DNA of 32,000 nucleotides from Wolbachia endosymbiont of Armadillidium arcangelii (GTDB lineage Bacteria; Pseudomonadota; Alphaproteobacteria; Rickettsiales; Anaplasmataceae): NCBI RefSeq assembly GCF_040207875.1, contig NZ_CP157942.1, positions 202,001 to 234,000 of the forward strand, read 5' to 3'. Shown piece by piece: positions 25,536 to 32,000 of this stretch (position 1 is its first letter; each line of letters starts with the position of its first letter). The notes under the pieces were generated by a model. It saw only the letters and a program-made list of their open reading frames with translations, ran no database searches and was not told where the DNA came from. The position numbers and the translations under genes were made by a program.

Positions 25536-25725
25536 GCCTGATGAATTTTGCATTTCGAGTGTCACGTTGAATAGCAAGTTTGGCTATTGCCATATCTTCT
25601 TCATTTTCAATTGCTTCTTTTATAAACTGCTCTGCTAGCTCTTGAGCTGATTGATTCTTTACTTTAGCCAGACGAGCAAGGTCTTTTAAAACTTTTTCAC
25701 TAATATTAATGCCTGAATCAGCCAT
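25516..25725 (-). CDS. RelB/RHH-type antitoxin (cassette 4)
   Basis: 69 aa, MADSGINISEKVLKDLARLAKVKNQSAQELAEQFIKEAI. Confidence 0.75.
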   Translation of the reverse strand: MADSGINISEKVLKDLARLAKVKNQSAQELAEQFIKEAIENEEDMAIAKLAIQRDTRNAKFIRHEDINW

Positions 25726-25749
25726 AAGTTTTACCGAAATCTACCATTA

Positions 25750-25778
25750 ATTATACAATATTTTCCTAAAATTTTCAA
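25750..25778 (-). promoter_or_regulatory. Promoter P4 of TA cassette 4 (TTGAAA-17-TATAAT)
   Basis: On the minus strand, TTGAAA is at 25778-25773 and TATAAT at 25755-25750. Same conserved block. Confidence 0.55.
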
Positions 25779-25920
25779 TAAAGAATTATATTGACAGATT
25801 ATGGTAGGTTGAGTATACACGGGTATTAGCTTTTGCTGATGTTAAGGAGAAATGACACAGAAGTTAATACTAAGTATAGTATTGCAAGACATTATTAGGA
25901 ATAGAGAGGGTATGCCAGCC

Positions 25921-27497
25921 GCACTGCCATTAAGTTAAGGGAAAGAGAAGTTAAGATTGGACAAAAAATTTGAAGCGATTGATAATTATGGTAAATACTA
26001 GGGTGAATTTTTAAGAAAAGGGAGTCTGAAAAGTGCAAGTTATTTAAAAAAGTAATAATTGCAGGTTATTTTGCAAAGAATGTACTAATGCAATGATACT
26101 GAAAAGATATCTTGAATTTAAAACACATGTTTTCTAGCTCTTTTCTGGTAGTTGAGTGAACGAATATCAGATATCTTATGACGATCAACTCTTCTCCCTT
26201 TTCTTACCACTAAAGTGTTCATCAAAAATAACTGTGATAGTCGATCCATAATGCAGTCTATGTCTGACTCTGTAGAAAAAATATCAAAGGCTAAGTTTTT
26301 AATCGCATTAAATGAGACAGATTTATTGATGCTTTTTTTTAGTTTACTATTCTGTGCGCTCAATGTCTCTTCATCATCTTCTATCATGATACTTTCTAGA
26401 TTACTGATGAAGATAGTTGACCAAAAATCCTGCTTGATAGTTTCAATACTTTTTCCTGTGAAATTCTCTAAATTTAATCTTCCCTTCAGCCTAGAAAAAA
26501 ATGTTTCTACTCCCCAGCGCAAGTAATATAATCTCTCAAACTCTTCGACTGTAAAACTTTGCTCATCTAACAGAGATGTTACTAACACTTCAACTTCTCC
26601 AGAAGAAAGTATTATTTTGACTAACCTGAATTTCATCTCATCAGGTAATCCTAGCTTTCGTAGCTGTCTTGCTACTTTAATAGGTGCGGTAGACACTACC
26701 ACCATACTAGATGGGCTTTCCGGCTTAAACATAGCGTTTATTTCATTGAAAGACGAACTTGGACAGCGAATTATATAATTGATTTTCCTTCCTGTAAGCT
26801 CAGCAAGAAATCGATAAGATACGTATCCTCTATCACAGATTAACAAATCGTCTGATTTTATGGATTCAAGCATACCGATCGCTAAATCAACCTCATAGCT
26901 GTCACCTCTACTTAGCACAGATTTTATTGCAATATTATTTAGCACATCGTAGCAAACTTCAAAGGTTGCACTTGTATAGTCTTCAAATCTCTGGATTCCA
27001 TTCCATACTGCTCTTGAGCCAAACTCGCCTATTATTTTGTCGCTCTTTGGCAGAATCAGTATTGAAGCATCAAATGCAAGTACTCTGAAGCCATGGTGGG
27101 TTTTAAATTCCTGATCTTGGTAGTATAGGGAAACTATATCATCATTTAACTCTGAAAACGCAGTATGCTTTAGCTTCTTTCTTGCTTGAGTAAATGCACT
27201 TGCCGTAATTGTGTAATCTTTTCTTGTATGCAGAACAAACTCATTAAGCATTACTTGTAATGACTTTACACTCTTTCTAAAAATCAGGAGAAATACATTA
27301 ATGAAGGGCAGCTTTCTTTTTCGTGAGAAGTCTTTTGAGGATGCTCTGTGTGCGTTTATAAAGTTTAAACTCATCAATTTATTTTTTATAAACATGATTA
27401 TTCTTTTTTTTACTCATGTCATTACTTCTTTTAATTTGTGGATCTTACCTGATTTTACAATACAGTCCATCACTTTCCCTTAACTTAATGGCAGTGA
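25921..27497 (-). mobile_element. IS4-family insertion sequence, copy 2 (1,577 bp, intact transposase)
   Basis: Position x in copy 1 maps to 47331-x here. Terminal repeats (g/t)cactgccattaagttaagggaaag. Inverted relative to copy 1. Confidence 0.9.
26118..27395 (-). CDS. IS4-family DDE transposase (425 aa, intact)
   Basis: Uninterrupted ORF. LLICDRGYVSY (the second D of the DDE triad) and YYLRWGVETFFSRLK (YREK signature). Confidence 0.92.
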   Translation of the reverse strand: MFIKNKLMSLNFINAHRASSKDFSRKRKLPFINVFLLIFRKSVKSLQVMLNEFVLHTRKDYTITASAFTQARKKLKHTAFSELNDDIVSLYYQDQEFKTHHGFRVLAFDASILILPKSDKIIGEFGSRAVWNGIQRFEDYTSATFEVCYDVLNNIAIKSVLSRGDSYEVDLAIGMLESIKSDDLLICDRGYVSYRFLAELTGRKINYIIRCPSSSFNEINAMFKPESPSSMVVVSTAPIKVARQLRKLGLPDEMKFRLVKIILSSGEVEVLVTSLLDEQSFTVEEFERLYYLRWGVETFFSRLKGRLNLENFTGKSIETIKQDFWSTIFISNLESIMIEDDEETLSAQNSKLKKSINKSVSFNAIKNLAFDIFSTESDIDCIMDRLSQLFLMNTLVVRKGRRVDRHKISDIRSLNYQKRARKHVF

Positions 27498-27584
27498 CAC
27501 TGGCATCCAGGAATTTTATTAAGTTGGTAAGCGTAAAAGTAGCCGTTTTATGTTAAAATACAACGTTTTGATGATTATGAAAAA

Positions 27585-27702
27585 GCTGGATCCCAGTGTC
27601 AAGCACTGGGATGACACCATCATAAAGGAACTAGTGTCAGCTACTTGAATGACAAGAAAGAGGGCATTGGGATGACATCGAAGAAGATACTCAAATAACA
27701 CC
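27585..27702. repeat. Palindromic-element-related repeat (partial copy)
   Basis: gctggatcccagtgtcaagcactgggatgacacc...gggatgacatcgaagaagatactcaaataacacc is related to the arms and core of the element at 30310-30489. The ORF 27519..27707(-) is a translation of this repeat. Confidence 0.5.
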
Positions 27703-27783
27703 TTCATGGTGACTTAAATCACAAGTTCATGATGCTCCTTTAAAAAGCACCATTTACTTAAGATTTTTCTAAGCCTGTAATAC

Positions 27784-28110
27784 CTATACACATTTACTTT
27801 GATTAGAATCCCATGCTTTACCAGAAGGGCAATTGTTACTAGTACATGCAGCTTGTCCTGTTATTGCCTTCACAATTGCAGGGGCACCAAAAAATACAGC
27901 AGTAAATGCACCTAGTGCAAAAAGTGCTGGCCACGGCATTCTCCCAAATATCGCAAGCAAGGCTGCACCTATTATCACTATTGTGATCATCGGCCCACCT
28001 AAGCTGTGAGTATAGTTTACTATTTTGCATATTACTGCTGATGTTTCATCAGCATTTGCATCAAATACGAAGGAAAGAATTAAAGCTACAAGTAGAAGAA
28101 AGTTTTTCAT
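27784..28110 (-). CDS. virB2: VirB2/TrbC-like type IV secretion pilin paralog 1
   Basis: Signal peptide MKNFLLLVALILSFVFDANA, then AVICKIVNYTHSLGGPMITIVIIGAALLAIFGRMPWPALFALGAFTAVFFGAPAIVKAITG. The two-helix pilin layout resembles A. tumefaciens VirB2 (ICxxxxGPxG...FGR...FGA...TG), recalled from memory. Confidence 0.7.
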   Translation of the reverse strand: MKNFLLLVALILSFVFDANADETSAVICKIVNYTHSLGGPMITIVIIGAALLAIFGRMPWPALFALGAFTAVFFGAPAIVKAITGQAACTSNNCPSGKAWDSNQSKCV

Positions 28111-28199
28111 TATGTCTCCGTATTTAACGCTGGATTATCTATCATTTTAATTAAATTTGAGTAAATGATACAAGTTGTATCATTTACTCAATACTTTTT

Positions 28200-28261
28200 A
28201 CTGACACGTGTATCCTCCACTTGCATCAGGACTTACACGTGTATACTCCATCTGCATCAGG
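28200..28261. repeat. 2 x 31-bp tandem direct repeat spanning the stop codon of virB2 paralog 2
   Basis: actgacacgtgtatcctccacttgcatcagg followed by acttacacgtgtatactccatctgcatcagg. On the coding strand these read PDADGVYTCK(S*) and, out of frame, PDASGGYTCQ*. Confidence 0.8.
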
Positions 28262-28573
28262 CTTCAATGTTTGTCCAGCAGGACATGTCTCGCACTTACT
28301 TGCTGCATCTGGCGCTATTTTTGAAACAACGACAGGGGCACCAAAAAACACAGCAGTAAATGCACCAAGTGCAAAAAGTGCTGGCCATGGCATTCTGCCA
28401 AATATTGCAAGCAAGGCTGCACCTATTATCACTATTGTAATCATCGGCCCACCTAAGCCATGAGTATAACCCATTATTTTGCAGATTACTGCTGATGTTG
28501 CGTCTAGACCAGCAGCACTTGCATCAAACGCAAAGGAGAGAATTAAAGCTACAAGTAGAAGAAAATTTTTCAT
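28226..28573 (-). CDS. virB2: VirB2/TrbC-like type IV secretion pilin paralog 2
   Basis: Same signal peptide and core as paralog 1 (GGPMITIVIIGAALLAIFGRMPWPALFALGAFTAVFFGAP is identical), but with a different C-terminal tail. Confidence 0.7.
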   Translation of the reverse strand: MKNFLLLVALILSFAFDASAAGLDATSAVICKIMGYTHGLGGPMITIVIIGAALLAIFGRMPWPALFALGAFTAVFFGAPVVVSKIAPDAASKCETCPAGQTLKPDADGVYTCKS

Positions 28574-28708
28574 TATGCCTCCGATAATTTCTGTTTCATA
28601 TTTAACTATCTATCACATTGATTAAGTTTAAGTAAATGGTGAGGATTTTTTGCTTAAAAATATCCTTTATTTCATTTAGAATACTTTTCTTAGTTTATTT
28701 ATATTACA

Positions 28709-29524
28709 GTGCTACAGAAATTTTATAGCATCGTTTATTGCCTTTATCGTGCTTTGATTGACACAATTTACAATGATGGAGTGGAGCACGCAGGGTATCT
28801 GTCATTTTTAATCCTGTTATCAATATTTCCTTTTCTTATTGTTTTAATGGCTGTGGCGTCAACATTCGCAAGTTTCTTAGACCAATACAACGTCGGCTGG
28901 GCATTCATTATTGATAACATGCCACAGGATATTTTATCATCTTTGATGCCGCGTATTAGAGAGATAATATCAGGCCCGCCGCAAAGCTTACTAACTTTAG
29001 CAATTGTAGGCGCTGTTTGGACCGCCTCGTCAACAATTGAAGGGCTAAGAACAGTATTGAACAAAGCTTATAAAATTCCGGTTTCGCCGCCTTATATATG
29101 GAGAAGGGTACTCAGTATATTACAATTTTTAGTGATCACACTTATTATAACTCTAACTATAGTGTTCTCTACATTAGTGCCGATGCTAATTGATTTTTCC
29201 TATCAGGGGATTAGTTATACTAAATATCTCCTCATTGAATTTGTACTTTTCACAGTAGTCTCTTGGCTATATTTTATGTTGCCAAACATAAAACAAAACT
29301 TATCAGACGTATTTCCCGGATCTTGTGTGGCTGTTATTCTTTGGACAATTTCCGCTTCGGCTTTCAAGCAATACTTAAAAGCTTCCTTTGACCAACTGAA
29401 TTTGATATATGGAAGTTTAGGTGGTGTGGTGGTGTCGTTACTATTTTTTTATGTGCTAAGTTTGATTTTTATATATGGAGCAAAATTTAATTTTCAGCTA
29501 AAATACTTCAATGAATCTCGCTAA
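28709..29524 (+). CDS. YihY/BrkB-family inner-membrane protein (formerly annotated 'ribonuclease BN')
   Basis: GVEHAGYLSFLILLSIFPFLIVLMAV, six predicted TM segments, and the C-terminal YGAKFNF motif typical of the family. GTG start. Confidence 0.75.
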   Translation: MLQKFYSIVYCLYRALIDTIYNDGVEHAGYLSFLILLSIFPFLIVLMAVASTFASFLDQYNVGWAFIIDNMPQDILSSLMPRIREIISGPPQSLLTLAIVGAVWTASSTIEGLRTVLNKAYKIPVSPPYIWRRVLSILQFLVITLIITLTIVFSTLVPMLIDFSYQGISYTKYLLIEFVLFTVVSWLYFMLPNIKQNLSDVFPGSCVAVILWTISASAFKQYLKASFDQLNLIYGSLGGVVVSLLFFYVLSLIFIYGAKFNFQLKYFNESR

Positions 29525-29534
29525 GGAGAAAGAA

Positions 29535-30275
29535 ATGGGTAAGTTAGAAGGTAAAGTAGCTTTAATTACCGGGGCTTCAGGTGGAGTAGGCTCTTCTGTT
29601 GCAAAAAAACTTGTAAAAGAAGGTGCATCTGTGATTCTGATTTCCAGATCTCTTGATAATCTCAGACCACTACATAATGAAATTGAAAAGTTTAGAGAAG
29701 GCTCTGTGAAACTAATTCAGCTTGATCTTTTGGATTTTGAGAGCGTAAAAGTACTGCCAAATATGATAGAAAGCCTAAAATTATCAGAATCTGGAGCACT
29801 TGATATACTAGTTGCGTGTACTGGAATTTTAGGAAAACTGAACCCCATTCACGACTATGAGATTGAAGAGCTACAGCACGTAATGAATACAAATTTTACT
29901 GCCAATTGGTACTTGCTAAAAAACTTAGATCCAATGCTAAAAAAGTCTAATGCTGGAAGAGTGATATTCATGACCTCAGAGGTGACACTTTCTCCTTCCT
30001 CTTATCCATATTGGATGCCGTATGCTGCAAGTAAAGTTGCACTAGAAATAATGGTGCAGATATATGCATCTGAGACAAAACATACGAATTTGTGCGTAAA
30101 TGCTGTGTATTTAGAAGGGCCTGTCGATAGTGAAATGTATAAGCAAGCGTTTCCCGGAAAAGACACATCTGAATTGGTGCCACCTGATGAACTAACAGAC
30201 AAATTTGTGGAGCTTGCTTCTAACGATTGCAGCGTATCAGGAAAAATCTTACCACTTAGCAAATCTCCTGAATAA
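29535..30275 (+). CDS. Short-chain dehydrogenase/reductase (SDR) family oxidoreductase
   Basis: KVALITGASGGVGSSVAKKL (TGxxxGxG NAD(P)-binding motif) and YAASK (YxxxK). The start is set at ATG 29535, which is preceded by AAGGAG. The upstream ATG at 29511 overlaps the previous gene. Confidence 0.85.
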   Translation: MGKLEGKVALITGASGGVGSSVAKKLVKEGASVILISRSLDNLRPLHNEIEKFREGSVKLIQLDLLDFESVKVLPNMIESLKLSESGALDILVACTGILGKLNPIHDYEIEELQHVMNTNFTANWYLLKNLDPMLKKSNAGRVIFMTSEVTLSPSSYPYWMPYAASKVALEIMVQIYASETKHTNLCVNAVYLEGPVDSEMYKQAFPGKDTSELVPPDELTDKFVELASNDCSVSGKILPLSKSPE

Positions 30276-30309
30276 ATTACCATAGTATCTGCAAAGATAC
30301 CGTTAAGCC

Positions 30310-30489
30310 CACAACTGTATGAACATTGTGATTTGAGTCCACTAAGAAGGATGTCATCCCAGTGCCTCTATGGTGTCATTCCAGTGCTTGACACTGGAAT
30401 CTAGAAAAAAAGAAGCTGGATCCCAGTGTCTGGGCACTGGGATGACATCCTTCTTAGTGGACTCAAATTGCAATGTTTGTAAAGTTATA
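30310..30489. mobile_element. MITE-like palindromic element (about 180 bp) flanked by a 9-bp direct repeat
   Basis: Long inverted arms, aacattgtgatttgagtccactaagaaggatgtcatcccagtgcc (30322-30366) versus the reverse complement at 30433-30477 (2 mismatches). The internal core matches the comEC insert. cgttaagcc occurs at 30301-30309 and 30490-30498. Confidence 0.6.
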
Positions 30490-30580
30490 CGTTAAGCCTA
30501 AAAGTAGTTAGGTTTAATAAAAATTCACATATACAGGAAAGATTGGTAACATTACTTGAATAGAGACCGTTATTGTAATT

Positions 30581-32000
30581 ATGCCAAAACGTACAGATAT
30601 AGAATCTATATTAGTAATAGGGGCAGGCCCAATAGTTATAGGTCAGGCGTGTGAGTTTGATTATTCCGGAACGCAAAGCTGTAAAGTATTAAAAAGTGAA
30701 GGTTATAAAGTCATTTTGGTTAACTCCAACCCCGCAACTATAATGACAGATCCTGAATTCTCTGATGCAACTTATATTGAGCCGGTACTGCCTGAAATCA
30801 TAGAGAAAATTATAATTAAGGAGAGGCCAGACGCAATATTGCCAACAATGGGCGGGCAAACAGCACTCAATTGCGCAATAAAACTTGCAGGTGATGGAGT
30901 GTTAGACAAATACAACGTAGAATTAATAGGAGTAAATAGAGAAGCAATAAAAAAAGCAGAAGATAGGGAATTATTTCGCCAATCCATGGATAAAATAGGG
31001 CTAAAATACCCCAAAAGTGTCATTATAAAAAATCAAGAACAAATAAAAAAGGCTTTGGATTACGTTGGATTACCAGCAATCATCCGCTCATCATTCACCC
31101 TTGGTGGTGCAGGTAGCGGCATAGCATATAATAAAGAGGAGTTTTTCAATATCGCAGAAAGTGCTCTCAAAATTTCGCCAATAAATGAAGTTCAGATAGA
31201 TGAATCAATTATTGGCTGGAAAGAATATGAAATGGAAGTTATCCGTGACTGCAAGGATAACTGTATAATAGTGTGTTCAATAGAAAATGTTGATCCAATG
31301 GGAGTGCACACCGGAGATAGTATCACAGTTGCTCCTGCTTTAACTCTGCGTGATGCTGAATATCAACAAATGAGAAATGCATCTATAGCAGTGTTGAGAG
31401 AAATTGATGTTAGCGCCGGTGGTGCAAATGTTCAGTTTGCAGTGAATCCTAAAGAAGATGGAAGCCTCGTTGTGATTGAAATGAATCCAAGGGTTTCTCG
31501 CTCTTCTGCACTTGCCTCAAAAGCAACAGGCTATCCTATTGCAAAAGTTGTAACTAAACTTGCTATTGGCTATTCGCTCGATGAAATACGTAACGACTGC
31601 GCTCCAATAATACCAGCAGCATTCGAACCAGTGATTGATTATATCGTCACTAAAATTCCTCGATTTGAGTTTGAGAAATTTAAGGGGACAAATTGTGAAT
31701 TATCAACCTCCATGAAATCAGTGGGAGAAGTGATGTCAATTGGCCGCACTTTTAATGAGTCACTGCAGAAAGCTTTTTGTTCACTTGAAACAGGGCTAAC
31801 AGGACTTGATGAAGTGTTTTCTGAAGACACAGATGTTAAATCTCAGTTAGCAAAATTGCTACCAAATAGATTACTGATTGCTGCTGATGCAATGCGCCAC
31901 GGAATTAGCATAGAAGAAATAAATTCGATTACAGGATATGACTTATGGTTTCTGCAAAATATACAGCAAATCATCGTGGCTGAACAAAAAATCAAGGAAA
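30581..32000 (+). CDS. carB: Carbamoyl-phosphate synthase large subunit (3' end outside the window)
   Basis: [68 protein letters not shown] is the canonical CarB N-terminus. The frame stays open to the window end, so the gene is absent from the ORF track. Confidence 0.95.
   Translation, partial: MPKRTDIESILVIGAGPIVIGQACEFDYSGTQSCKVLKSEGYKVILVNSNPATIMTDPEFSDATYIEPVLPEIIEKIIIKERPDAILPTMGGQTALNCAIKLAGDGVLDKYNVELIGVNREAIKKAEDRELFRQSMDKIGLKYPKSVIIKNQEQIKKALDYVGLPAIIRSSFTLGGAGSGIAYNKEEFFNIAESALKISPINEVQIDESIIGWKEYEMEVIRDCKDNCIIVCSIENVDPMGVHTGDSITVAPALTLRDAEYQQMRNASIAVLREIDVSAGGANVQFAVNPKEDGSLVVIEMNPRVSRSSALASKATGYPIAKVVTKLAIGYSLDEIRNDCAPIIPAAFEPVIDYIVTKIPRFEFEKFKGTNCELSTSMKSVGEVMSIGRTFNESLQKAFCSLETGLTGLDEVFSEDTDVKSQLAKLLPNRLLIAADAMRHGISIEEINSITGYDLWFLQNIQQIIVAEQKIKE

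Noticed and set aside
19834-27497. Calling the IS4-bounded segment a bona fide composite transposon
   Set aside because: No matching target-site duplication flanks the outer ends, and one transposase is inactivated. The structure is compatible with a composite element but equally with IS-mediated inversion or deletion, so it is reported as a hypothesis and not as a feature.
27519-27707. 62-aa ORF (MKVLFEYLLRCHPNALFLVIQVADTSS...)
   Set aside because: It lies entirely within palindromic-repeat-family sequence. The same peptide-like strings arise wherever the repeat occurs, so there is no evidence for a gene.
28165-28463. Plus-strand ORFs 28165..28359 and 28221..28463, and minus-strand ORF 27839..28030
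   Set aside because: They are antisense or off-frame shadows of the virB2-like genes, which have signal peptides and pilin architecture.

Overview
AT-rich sequence with Rickettsiales-type gene content, most likely a Wolbachia chromosome. This is inferred from many ankyrin-repeat genes, 'gtcatcccagtgcttgacactgggatcc'-type palindromic repeats, VirB2-like pilins and dense IS elements. Both ends of the window are housekeeping. The left end (1-8.5 kb) holds pccB (partial), tRNA-Thr, mutM, pdxH, initiator tRNA-Met, comEC and an RluD-like pseudouridine synthase. The right end (28.7-32 kb) holds a YihY-family membrane protein, an SDR oxidoreductase and carB (partial). The middle (about 8.5-28.6 kb) is an accessory, decaying island. 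It contains an MFS/dgkA deletion chimera, a broken ankyrin-repeat gene and a degraded IS256-family element that keeps perfect 28-bp inverted repeats. It also holds a small ANK gene with two unknown ORFs in one shared frame, and a leucine-rich-repeat protein with a C-terminal bilobed hydrophobic anchor. Next is a protein carrying 27 near-perfect Cys-x6 heptads encoded by a 21-bp coding minisatellite. The most system-like locus lies between two inverted, near-identical 1,577-bp IS4-family copies (19834-21410 and 25921-27497). That 4.5-kb segment carries four diverged RelB/RelE-type toxin-antitoxin cassettes, and each sits behind the same near-consensus promoter (TTGAAA-17-TATAAT). It also has a DnaB helicase with only the C-terminal domain, a 38-bp perfect AT palindrome nested in 31-bp perfect inverted repeats (a candidate origin or recombination site), and an unknown gene truncated by the IS. 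I read this segment as a plasmid-like replication/addiction module captured in the chromosome. Other notable items are a palindromic repeat inserted in frame into comEC, a MITE-like 180-bp element with a 9-bp target duplication, and tandem VirB2-like pilin paralogs with variable Cys-containing tails. All functional calls rest on motif recognition by eye; no database search was possible.
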